A DNA stretch of 63,540 bases, counting the filler, from Jimgerdemannia flammicorona (Eukaryota), in the NCBI GenBank assembly GCA_003990765.1. It is 2 parts of 2 records of this genome, joined end to end, with 100 filler letters (N's around TTAATTAATTAA, not from the genome) between each part and the next. Parts side by side here need not be neighbours in the genome. Positions count along the whole stretch, not along the records: positions 1 to 31,738 come from RBNJ01000382.1; positions 31,839 to 63,540 come from RBNJ01000383.1. One strand, written 5' to 3'. This document shows, piece by piece, positions 23,245 through 35,700 of the stretch. A program made the translations under genes and the position numbers. The notes under the pieces are model-generated. The model was not told where the DNA came from and ran no database searches. It saw only the letters and a program-made list of their open reading frames with translations. Every line of letters begins with the position of its first letter. Positions within the stretch are counted from its first letter, which is position 1.

Positions 23245-23400
23245 TGACGAGTATTACCCGATACCAATAAATGGGACCTTGTGACTGTAATAAATGGTTG
23301 CGAGCGTGACGTCAGACGCTACGTCCATTGTGGTCGAGAACTTGGAAGCAGGCTTCCACCTTTCGTAGCCATCGACCACGACCACCACCACTCAGTGTCA

Positions 23401-25440
23401 ATGCAGAACGTATACAACTCGGTATTCTCGACCTTTCACTCCGTAAGGGAGTATCTGGCTCCCGTCCTCAAAAACTCAAAGTTTAGGGAGACCGGCTGCG
23501 TCACTCCTGAGGAGGTGAGTTGCTGGGCCTCTACCTGCATCGGTCGGTCAAACGCTTAGAACCGCAACGTACATTGCTTGTTTCCGTTACTCGAGATTGT
23601 AACTTATACATGTTTCACTTTTGTGCCGCCTGCGGCAGTTCGTCGCAGCCGGCGACTTCTTGGTCTACAAGTGCCCCACTTGGTCATGGTAACTTGAATA
23701 CATACCTTTTTTTATCTTTGAACGCCCAGGACGGGGAATATCTCGCCAATCTTCGAGTATTTTCACCGTTACTTAGAGACATGGTGCATTACATTACTCT
23801 TAGATGCAATTCACTGACATTGCATCAATTCTGCTACCCTACCATTACAGGGAAGGAGGCGAGCCGAGTAAGCATCGCGACTACCTCCCGGCGGATAAAC
23901 AATTCCTCATCACCCGAAACGGTATTCTGATAGATTTCGTTTCTCTCTTTGTAATATTTGCGAGAATTCCTTTGTCGCCATCTGCTGGTTGACTGTTTGC
24001 TCTCTACTTGCCTCAACGTACAGTACCTTGCATGCGCCGCGTCAAGCAGATGGAATATAACGACGACGACGCCGAGACGCAGCTGGATGACGGGGACGAA
24101 TTGGAGGGTGACGACTCGTGGATGTACACACACAGCTCGAGAGGTGAGCCCGGTTCCGGTGGGGTTGTGACTGGCAAAATGAGTGTGAGCTGACTTTTCT
24201 GCATGAATAGTGTCTCGTACCATCGACGAGATTGCGCGCAACATCGAAGACGATGACGCTGAGAACCCTATTCCCGAGCTAGAACGACTTGGGTTATCAC
24301 CGATGCAGCCGACACCAGTATCAGAGGAGGAGAAGGCGCCCGAGGACATTCCTGACATGGAGGATATTCCCGATATGGATGAGGAGGATGATGTGGAGTG
24401 GATAGAGGCAGATGATCCGGTAAGTTCCGGAAAGTTATAGAAGTTAAGGATGACAGAAGTAATGAGTAACTGAAGGGGATGCGATGGAAATATCGGCGGC
24501 AGGTTTACCACACGCCAGAGCACGTAGTGGATCGTGGATGTTGGATTGGGTTTACCGGAAGAAATGATTTGGCAGGGTTGGAAGGAGGTTGCAACGATAG
24601 TTATGTCGCCCAATGTCAGCGCTGTGACAATCGAATTCGGATCCTCGCTAATTCAGCGTAACCCATTTCCTATGATTGTGATGTGCAGGCAGCGTTGTCT
24701 ACATCTGCGGTGGGCAAGGGCATCGACACTGAAGGTAATGACAGGTAAACAAATGAATCTTGTACTATCACATCTGAGCAACGCGATGGTAACTAAAGTG
24801 GAGAGAGTAAAGTATGCTATTTCTTGAGCAGCGGTAAGATTCTTCAGGTGCGGACGTACGATGTGTTCATTACGTACGACAAGTACTACCAGACTCCGAG
24901 GCTGTGGTTGTTTGGCTATGATGAGGTGGGTGATTGGAATTGTGGGGAGCGCAACATAGATGTTACTTTATTACGACTATACCGTGGTCTGGTTATTTTG
25001 ATTTCACCATATATCTGACCTGAACTACACCAATCGGACGGATTCTTCAGCAACGACGTCCTCTCATGACGACGCAAATTTTTGAAGACGTTTCGCAAGA
25101 CTACGCCAAGAAGACGGTCACGATCGAGACGCACCCGCATCTCAACATGAGCCTGGCGACCATTCACCCGTGTCGTCATGCACAGGTGATGAAGAAGATC
25201 ATTGAGCGGGTGGGCGATACGGGGTTGGGAGGTGGGTCTCGGGAGAAGGAAGACAAGGATGTAACTGAGTGTGGGATTCGAGTGGATCAGTGAGTAAATT
25301 TTTGTTATACATTGATAATTGCATGAGAGTTCCAGGACAGGATACTAATTCTTCCAATATGCAGGTATCTGATAATTTTTCTCAAGTTCATGTCGTCTGT
25401 TGTGCCAACCATCGACTACGACCACACGATAAGCGCATGA
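23401..25440 (+). CDS. ATG3: Autophagy E2-like conjugating enzyme Atg3, about 9 exons
   Basis: [67 protein letters not shown], catalytic IHPCRHA and [19 protein letters not shown]. Confidence 0.97.
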
Positions 25441-25573
25441 ACGGGACGGCTGACTGACGACTGACTGACTGCCGATTTCGCGATTTCGACAAACTATCCT
25501 TACGACATGACTGTCCAAATTAAATAATTATAAACCTTGTAACTCTGTCCTCTGCCCCCATACTTACCCCATA

Positions 25574-27338
25574 ATGTTGGACGACTCCGTCGAGCAGGAC
25601 GAGCTCGAAGAGTTCCGTCGCAGGTGGAAGCAGGAGGTCGAGGCCAAGAAGTTTGTAAAGAATTCCAGTGTACAGCCTCAGTTGCCAAAACCAAAGGCAT
25701 TCCGTCCCTCTACAACGAGCGTTCTTGAGAGCCATTCGGCCGAGCCCGACGACCCGCCGAAGAGGGATCGGGACTCGCCCGTCGTGGGACAGAAGACTTC
25801 GTTAGAGTACTACATGACGGCAATTGAGAAGGAGAAGGTTGGCAATCTGAGTGAAGGTGAGAGAGCCTGTCCATTTCATGTGGGTTGCCATTGTGCATAA
25901 TCGTCATTTTCCCTCTGCTTGCCAATCCCAACTTCCTTTTCGTACCAGCCCTGACGAATTACCGTCACGCCTTCAAGCTCGACCCAGACGCAGACGACTC
26001 ATACCGCCAGCACTGGCAGCAGCACATTGCACCCCACGCCGCCGCCACTTCTGCCGCTGTCCAGAGCTCATCCACCGTGAAGCACGAGGACGATTTCGAG
26101 CGCCACGTCCACCTTGGTGATGACTACGAGAAGCCTAATGGTTTGGCGCCGAATGATACACTGGAGAACCTGTTAGCTCAGCTGCGGGGAATGCAGCTCG
26201 AATGCACGCCGTTGAAAGAGGACAAGCCCATATTCATCGCCATGTTGCCAAGTGAGCGCAGGATTTTTTGTTGATTGCTTGTCTCAAGCATTCTTGTAAT
26301 GTTCCTCTTATTACCCAAACACATTTTATAACAACCCACCTCCCTCGTTGTTTCTTTGCATCTCTCCACAGACGAAGTTCTTCTTTACCTTCTTAAACAC
26401 GTCATTGTCGACTCTGTTGCCTCCGTTGCCCACTTCGCCCTGGTCTGCAGGAAATTTTTGCTGGTCTCGCGTGACCAAACCCTCTGGCGGCACCTTTGTG
26501 AGCACGCCTACCACGACCCCAAGGACCATGAGGAGGCCCAGATTATTGCGGCCCTCGCGGACGAACCGGAGCCCAGGCGCACGCAGTTTGACCAGTTGAG
26601 GATCTATGGCGGGGACTGGCGAAGGATGTACATTGAGCGGCCGAGGCTGAGGTTCGAGGGCGTGTACATTAGCGTGTGCCATTATCTGAGGTGTGTTAGT
26701 TTTGGTCTTAGAAGTGGTTTTCTCGACGAATTGTGAGAGTGATGGGCTTTTGGGAAGACCCGAGGATGCATTTCATGTGATACGGTTCCTTGTCGATGGT
26801 ATACTAATTAACCGTATCTTGATGTCCTCAAATCTTGTTTTCACCCCCTCAGGCCCGGAAGCTCCGAAAATTCCTGGAACCAGCCCATCCATCTTGTCAC
26901 GTATGCATACGCTCTGGCTGTCTGCATATCTTTGTCTCCCGCATCCCCCACTTACCAACCAACGCCATTGCTACCAGCTATTACCGCTATCTCCGCTTCT
27001 ACCCCGACGGCACAGTCGTCAAGCACCTGACGACGGACGAACCCTCAGCGGTCGTCCGGCTTCTGCAGCCGACGCTAAAGCGCAAGAGCTTGTTCACGGG
27101 TACCTATAGCATCAAGGACGGTGGGGTCTTGGAGCTCGAGCTCCTCGACGCCGACCGGCCACGTGAGACCTTCTTCGCGACCATGCAGATCTGTAGCACT
27201 CACCGTGGTAGGCAGAACAAGCTTGAGTGGGTTGAATACTGCAGCTACAACTCGTTGCGCGAAAGTCGCACCGTCTTCCCACTCGAGATGATGAAGCCCT
27301 ATTTCTTCTCGGTGGTCAAGAGCTATCGGTGGTGGTAG
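25574..27338 (+). CDS. F-box protein, FBXO9/Hrt3/Pof7-like, 5 exons
   Basis: ELEEFRRRWKQEV, TPR-like ALTNYRHAFKLDPD, F-box LP.EVLLYLL...VCRKF, WRRMYIERPRLRFEGVYIS and YYRYLRFYPDG. Confidence 0.92.
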
Positions 27339-27738
27339 CTGCCGGAGTGGCCAAATCGATTACGTGATGTTTCCATACCGTACGGTTGGTGCACTTTCCA
27401 AGCCACAATATTTTGAGGCGGATCATTTGGCATGTGGACACTTATACGTAATTCATAATTTGGGACTATGTTGGCTTTGGGGAAAGTGAAGACACCCATC
27501 ACACCACATGCCAAACAATGAGCGCATAGTTAGGAGAATTAACTTCAATTTGTACATAATTATATGGAACATAAAATACATCGCATCACGGTAGCCAGGA
27601 CGATGGAAGGAATAATACACAAGGAACTAACAGCACTGCTGCCGATCTCGACGTGCATGCAAGTCCACACACGGATATCGTTGGGTTTTGATCGTGCTAC
27701 CCATAAAAACAAGCACGTCTGCGAACCTATGAAACTTG

Positions 27739-30487
27739 TCACTTGCGTCCCGAAGAAAGATCCCTGAAAGAGGCTATGATACAATTCTTGATTTCCTTGT
27801 AACTCACAATGAGGCACGACTGTTCATCTCGAGACATGAGCATGATTTTCTCGTCCAGGCCTGCGTCCAGCTGCAAAACCGAATCAAATTGTTGGATAGG
27901 GCACAACCAAAAAAGGAATTATTGGGAGATGGGAGAGAACCTTTATTAGACATGAATATCCTAGAAAAGGAAAGTTCGGCCTCAAACCATCATCACTTAC
28001 TTTGTTCATGCAGGTTAATACATGTACCATGTCTACAACGGGCACGCCGTTCTCATCCACCTGGTGGAAGACGTAATCCCGGAATAATTTGATCAGGTAA
28101 CGGTCGCCTGTTTCTGACCAACTGGGATCCATATCAAATCTGCCCATTGCATAAATAAATATAAACAATTTCATTGTGCGCGCACACACATTAGCGGTGA
28201 CGTTGGCTCAAATAATCTCATAAATTCTGGAGTGATCGATGACTTACTCTGGTCGCTCGTTGATGAATCCCATCTTACACAACAGTCGCACAAGACGCCC
28301 GTTCTCAAGTTCTCGACTCAACTCATTCTCAAGAAAGTCATTGTAGCTATGAAAAGGTTAATGTTAATAGTGATCATTAAATAATAGAGTGGGGCGAGCA
28401 AGACCAATGACAGAAAGTTTGCGAGGCTACATTATAAAGTGAAGTAAACTTGCACACCTCTCCCCCCCTCCCCTCTCTTCTTTTCCTCTTTCTACACCAA
28501 CGAATTGATAAATTATGTACATACTGATGAGCGCTGTTGATCTCGTGCAGGATTCTAGGCCCGATCAAGGTAACAACTTCGTCAATGGTTTTGGTAGGCA
28601 TTGGTTTGCTCAGAAGACAGAGCACCACGTTTTTGAGCTCAGCCGAGTAATGCCGCGAGATGTATTCGAACGACTTTGGCAATTGAGTGATCGACGCTAG
28701 CGAATTGCATGCCAGAGCAATCACGAGTTTTCCAAAGGCGAGAAGATCCTCTTGCTGAAAGGAGATACAAATACATAAGATGTGGCATACATGATATGAC
28801 TTATGATCGCAGATTACAACACACACAATTTAATCCAAAATTAACAAAACAGTACAGTAAGCGAAATACCTGAAATCGGGCGACATTCTGACCGCCGTCA
28901 TACTGCAGCATATCAAAGATGCCGCAGCAATTGAGACGTATTCTTGAAAGCCGCCATTGTAAAATTAACAAACAATAAGGAAATATTGGAAAATCTACAT
29001 GACGTTGGGATTGTAGCATCGGCTCACCGATTCTTGCTCGTAAGCAGGATCTTGCTCGGCTCGATAACGCGTGCAGCGAGCCCGGCCGAGTGAATGGTCT
29101 TGAGCGATGAGGTCAGTTGTGTGATAAAGCTCCACAGGGTTTTTTCCGGAATATTCACATTACCGCCGGGAGGCTGCGACGGTGTAAGTCCCGAGGATTG
29201 CGCCTGGATGGAGAAGTACTTGTTGAAAAGTGTCGACGAACATGGGTGATAATCATAGACGAAGACGACGGCTGGGTGCAAAACAAACGAACCAAGACAG
29301 ACGAGAAGCAATTGCGACGCGCGTGGTTAACAGAATGTATCGAATAAGATGAAGAGCTCCTAGCAAGATGAAATAGAACGTACAGTGATCTCCAAACGTT
29401 TTTGTTGTGAACGCTTCCCTGATCGATACAATATTCGCGTGGCGTATCCGTCGCCAACTCTCAATGGTCGACATGGCAACCTCGTTAGTAAGCCGAAATC
29501 CTATGAAACGGAGATTATATTATTATCAAACCTGCCCGTTGGGGTTTCGACTCAGACATGTGTAAAGCCCACCTTCGATTCGGCGCAACGCATACGTTCG
29601 CCCGTCCACAGTACACACAGCTTTGTAAACAGACGTCGGATATCCAAAGACCTTGGGTGACTTTTCTTGGTGTTCGTCAAGCGGATATAATGAGTGATAG
29701 ACATGGAGCTCGCTCGGGAGATTCAGTTCTTGCGCTAGAGTTCAATTATCCAAAGACGGAATCGATTTGATGTTTCAGCATAAGCTAACCATATGTGCTT
29801 TCACGCAAACACGACTGCAAAAAACAAACCATTTGCCGTCCTGAGCACAGCTTCGTTTTTTTCCAGCAGCTCCTCCCGTAAATTGTCCGGCATGAAAAAG
29901 CCATGAATGGTCTTTTGATGCGGATGTAGATTCGACACGTGCGGCAGAGGTGTCGAGTAGAGATGATATTGCAGCTGTGACAGAGAATGCCGAGGACTCA
30001 GCCCAACAATGAAGCGAAACAAGATGCGGTGATGAATTCACAAAGAGATATTACTGGCAGAACATACAGGTTGATGACCGAACACGTGCGAATTTCCGTA
30101 ATAATATTGGTCCATTTGGTTGCCCGCGTACATGTTTGTTACGCTGTACCGTGGCTGCGGGGATTGCGGTGTTGGGGATGACGGAACTCCCGACCCCTGT
30201 TGTTAAACCGCATTTAATCGTTTATAAATGTATCAATGTGATGCTATTATATGTATGATCTCCAATTTAACTTTGCAAATTTATAAGCATCGGAGGGTGA
30301 TGCCGAGGAGTACTTGCATCACTTCCAAAGCCAAACTGGGCAAATGAGTTCGTTAGAGTGGTTACTCCACCAGTAGGTATGTTGCCCTGTGGGACCAAGA
30401 AGGGAGATGCTTGCTGACTTTGGGACGGATAAAAGGCTATATTCGGATCGAACGTGGAAACGCTTGAAAGCGAGGAAAAAAAAAAAG

Positions 30488-30522
<35 letters not shown>

Positions 30523-31409
30523 GTTTTGTACACTCCAATCATCACAATCACGCGGGTAAGCCAATACAGTAACACCATACTTAAGGTCGAATTGTTGATC
30601 CATCTGGTACATCTGTGATGCACCTTAATTCGTGGAGCGTCATAACGGTGCCAATGTAAGTACAAACCACCCAAATAAAATTCGCCAAATATCGAATCTC
30701 AATGGGCAGGTAAGCATTGGTAAGAGGAGGGGTTGCGGAAGGGGAGTGGTGTTATGAAAGAAAAAGAGAGAAACCTCACCAGAAACCGTACTCGCTGCAG
30801 CCATCAAATTTTCTACCACCGATAGGAATCGTCACCCAGAAATCAGATGAAATCTTTACGGACGGAATAAAACATCGTGCCAACTACCAACGTGGCGTAC
30901 CTCCTCCCCCTTGGTTCATCTTGGGAACGAACACCGGTGCATTCACGCTTTCTGGCGAAACAGCCGACGTGAGGGACGACGGCTTAAATACCGGTGAATT
31001 CACTCGCAACTTGCCCTTGCTTTAGCAGTCAAAGAAAATGTTCGTTTAAAACGGAGGATGTCGGCTGGAACGTTGGGTGGCTTACACTCACATTTCGGGG
31101 CTATTTTGCGGCGAGGATTTATTCTGGGAGGTACGGGGTGGGCGGTTTTTAAAGAACAAGTTGTCTGCGTCTGGGACGATGAATCGATAAATAGGAGATG
31201 CACGCACTCACGATGTCGTGGTTAAACTCGCATCCCTTCCCTTCATACTTGCAATAGCCGTGGATAATGATATTGCGGCACGTCCGCTTTGAACTTGAGT
31301 TGTTTTTGACGGGGGTCGCGCCTTTCGATGCGGGCTTCTCCTCTGCGGTCGGTGCAACTATGGGTATTGCGTTTGTGGCCTGGGATGGGAGCACGAATGG
31401 GGAGGCCAT
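27739..31409 (-). CDS. PAN3: PAN2-PAN3 deadenylase subunit Pan3, multi-exon
   Basis: CCCH finger [24 protein letters not shown]2-like NAPVFVP, pseudokinase [40 protein letters not shown] and [19 protein letters not shown]. Confidence 0.97.
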
Positions 31410-31738
31410 TGTGTCCGTCAGGTCGAATGTGGGAGGAAGAGGCGGGGTGTGCGCGGGAAGGAATGCCCAATTCCTGATAAACATTCTGCTGACGTCATCG
31501 ATCGTCTCCTAATATTATTCGGTATTTATTTATTTTTTTTAATTTTTTGCAAATATAATTAATAGTTTATACTAGTAAGTTTATCACCTCTCAGATTTAA
31601 TTGTAGAAATATAAATATACAGTTTATAATCTAGATTATAATTGACTAAATTCGATAATTTAAAGTTTAATTTGATCATATAATTTAGTAATATTCATTT
31701 AATATATAATTTAAGTAGTATAAATTAAATTAAAAAAA

Positions 31739-31838
31739 NNNNNNNNNNNNNNNNNNNNNNNNNNNNNNNNNNNNNNNNNNNNTTAATTAATTAANNNNNN
31801 NNNNNNNNNNNNNNNNNNNNNNNNNNNNNNNNNNNNNN
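31739..31838. other. Artificial contig linker / gap
   Basis: 44 N + TTAATTAATTAA (stops in all six frames) + 44 N, exactly 100 bp. Confidence 0.97.
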
Positions 31839-32707
31839 AAAAAAAAAAAAAAAAAAAAAATAACTTGATACTAAGAGAAGAGTTTTAGATATTTAAAAAA
31901 TATATTAGAATATTGTAATATATATTCCTTATTCTATAATATGATATAGCCAAATTTATTTTTGACTTGATATTAATTATAAAATTATAAAAATAAAAAA
32001 AAAATTAAAAAAAGTTAGGAAAGTTGAAAAAAAAATTATATTTTTTTTATTTGTAATTTAATTTTTTTGATTTTATAATATTTTTATAGTGATTTTTTTT
32101 TTTACAGCCAAATTCAGCTACATTACAGAGTAAGATATATATATAAAGTATAACCAATTAAGTAAACTATACTAAACCAGTTTAAGAGTATTATAGTAAA
32201 AACTATTATTTTGGAAAAAAACCTATTATTTCCATAATAAGTGAACACTATAAATATATAATGTTGAGTAATATGAAAGACAGACAGCAGGATATCATTA
32301 GTTATAATATAAGTAGATTTTCTCTCCCAATATTTTGTAAATATAGCTGGACACAAACTCTCCTTTTACCATCAGTTGTTAACTAACTCTGGTCTGGGTA
32401 TCAAGAATAATACAGTGATGTTGGTGTCGTTCATGATGTACATTAATGTAGCAAAAGGTACGTGGTTGAATTTTCTGTGCAGTTTTACATCCGTTTGGTT
32501 TGGTTACAATCTACAGAATCAGTTTGACCACATTAAGAAATAATGTGTGAGTTATTATTAAGACTGATAGTTTATGATAATTTTGCTTTTATCGTACATG
32601 GCTGATATATATATTACAAAAGCATTCTCTATTGTTTTTGTTTGTATGTTTGGACAATCAACATCAGTTGAAGTTATGCATCCCAAAATTCTTCGACAAT
32701 ACCATTC

Positions 32708-35700
32708 TCATTCCTGATTCATCTTTCTGTTCTTCCTTACTGTCAGTCTACCTTTGTTCGCCGCGAAATCGGCCGTCTTTCGTTTCCGACTATTGCGCTT
32801 CATTTCATTTTTCTGTATCCTGCGCTTGGCTCGAGCTTCTGGGTCCGATGTTGCCTATGAGGGGGGAGTGCACGAGTCATGCGTAAATTTAGAGGGAGTT
32901 ACAACAATTCGCAAGAGATTTGAAAGATTAAACAACAATACCTGGAAAGCCCGTTTTGCCCTCCGCTCTGTCCGCACATCACTGACACGCTGTCGCACTT
33001 TGTTATACGCAAAGTAATATTGTGTAGTACCGGCGCGTTTCTGCACATGATCCAAAACTTCCTGACCAAGTCTTTTCAGTTCGTCTGGTATATATAAGTG
33101 AGAACGCTTGCATTGTCAACAACATTGTCCCTTAGAAATGGATCGGCCGAATTAATCAGACATACCGATTCCTTGTCCCTTAGCCGTTTCATCGTTGACT
33201 ATCCGATAAATGGGTGATATGATTGGTATCAAGTAAGGTCCAAACTCTTCAGGTTTGATGATGTTTGCCATGGCAGCAAACCATTGGAATGCATACGTCC
33301 TCTAGATTGGTAGACAAAAATTGATCATCAGCTGGCGAAAACTTGAGACATTCTGAAACATATGTAGATAATAATAAAGACCATACCTGAAGTGTATTCT
33401 TCCCCCTCGAGGAACTCGCTCGGGCCATGAAGGACAGTTTCTTGAACAACCAAAACAAGGAAAGCTTCGGTTTGGTTTGGTCCATGGCTTCATCGGTATG
33501 ACTATTGATGCTGTCCGATTCGTCATGTCCAGTAGCCTCGTCCTCTGGTACATTGTGGCCATCTTCCAGAGTTTTATCAATCTCGTCCGTGGCGACTACT
33601 TGTTGTACTTCAACTTCCTCCTCTTCGGGGTTGTCCTGTCCGTTGTCTAATTCGTCAGTACTGGTGTCCTCTTCGGCCGACATGTTATAAAAACACTTGC
33701 CGATAAACAAAAGATCTTTCACAACTTGGCTTCCAAGATCCTGAGAAAGAAATTCACTTTTAAGCTGAAGACAAAGTCGCGATGCCAATTCACGAAGAGC
33801 GTTGCGCGACAAGTAGGGATCCACAATATTCGTTCCAATCGCCATTCGTGTCCCAGGGTCAATACTGGCAAAATAGACGCCAAACAACCGGCTTGATGAC
33901 AAGCGGACCCATGCGTGAGGATGAAGGAGGTGATCATTGATCAAGAACCAAATGGGCTGCGTGCTTTGCGAATATGTGACTGAAGGGAACTGTTTCAAAA
34001 CCTTTCCGAACGTTGTCAAAGCATAATAAGAAATCTCCCATTCAACGTCGATCTCCATATTGTCATCCTGCGCTTGCTCCATATCGGATGTGATTTTCTT
34101 GCTGACTTCCAACATTTGAACGAGACGGCTAATCAGAGTCGGGATACTCTTCTTGAACCTTTCACCGGAAGCTTCGACGACGAGACCGTACACTTGACAG
34201 GCAGCTCTCTGAAGGTTCTGTTGCTCAGCCTGGTCGAACCATTTGTCCAAAATTTTATAGACGTTTGTTGTGCGAGCTGTATCCATACGCCGCAACAGAG
34301 CTCTAATCAAAGCGCCCGCCATCTCTCTACATTTTGCCGAATCGTCGTTCACCAGTCTCATCACCAGAGCCAGGAAAAACATCTCCGCATATTCCATTAG
34401 CACATCATCGCCGAACTTGATCATAATAATGTTGAGCATCTCCATGACAGATTCTCGACCGCTCTCATAGACATAGTCAAGATTCTTTACCAAAAAGTTC
34501 ATCTGATTCCTCAAACGACCGCGACCTTGTGGATAGTCCAATAGGAACTGGAGAAACACGTGACGACATAATTCTCGAACTTGATGGCCTTGGCTGGTGA
34601 TCATAATGTGAGTAATATTATCCATAAGATCATACACCTCAGGCGCAACAAATTTGCGGGAAACCACCGCGCGGACGAGCGAGAACGTTGTGCTTTGTTT
34701 GTCCGGATCCTCCAAATCAGGTCTGATGAGGTTGATGAGAAAGGTGAGCTGATTCTCTTTGATCTGTGTCGCTTTGCAATCGCGTATGCACACAGTGAGC
34801 AACTTGAAACAGCTTTGAACCAGCTCCGACGACGTTGAGCCGGAACCTTTTATCAAGGTAAACATTTGCTTGATTATCACCGATAGGGAGTCGTCTAACG
34901 AAGGCAGAGAAAGCTTGCACAATATGCCGAGAATCTTGGTGGCGAGGATCACTATCTTATTGTGCTTGGAGTATAAAACGTTTCCGACGACACCAACAAA
35001 GGGATCCAGAAGTTCGAGTTGCTCCTGATCCTTAACGTCAAATTTGCTTCGCTTCAGCGCCGAGAGGAAGATAGAAAGCCCGAATTCAACAAAACGATGA
35101 GCATTGACCTTGAAATAGTCCACCGGCTCTTTCAGGTCTCTTTTCATTTGAACATCGAAATTGAGTTCGTAATTACTCTTCTCCACCTTGATCCGCTCCT
35201 TGGGTTTCCCGAGTTCCAAGTTTTGCGATATAAGCCCATGCGAAAATATGAGCATCTCCTTCGTCTCAAATTTCGGATTCGAGTTCAGACCAATAGCGAG
35301 ACGGCGGAGGACTTCGTCGATCTTGTTGGTAACCCGAAGGCTTTCGCTTTCACTCATCAACTCCTTGATGGGCAGGAGAATAACGCCCATATTCTTGAAT
35401 TCGACGACTTTCGCCAGCAGTTCAAACGATTCGAAGCTCCGTATCGTCTTGGCCTCCTTCATCTTGTTCTTGATTTCTTCAGTTTCTTTTTCTTCCCCAA
35501 CTTCGCCGAAAACGTCGTTGATCAAGATGCCGACTATGTTCGCCAGACAGTAGTCGATGCCGCCGACCGCCATTCTCGGAACCATATCCATCAGCAATGA
35601 GTTGAGGGTGAAGCCAAGCACATGAAGCATATAACCACGCAACAAAGCACCTTGAAGCTCTTTGATTATAAACCCAAAGTATGCAGGTCCTAAAAAGTTC

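Noticed and set aside
17879..30519. Long A tracts at about 17879, 19156 and 30476 as retroposon tails
   Set aside because: There is no associated element body or TSD. They are simple homopolymers with possibly unreliable length.
16298..31409. Gene island as a functional cluster
   Set aside because: The genes belong to unrelated housekeeping processes and there is no biosynthetic core enzyme. Compact spacing alone is not evidence.
31510..32400. Very AT-rich flanks of the linker as centromere or telomere
   Set aside because: No telomeric repeat. More simply explained as eroded repeat sequence at contig ends.
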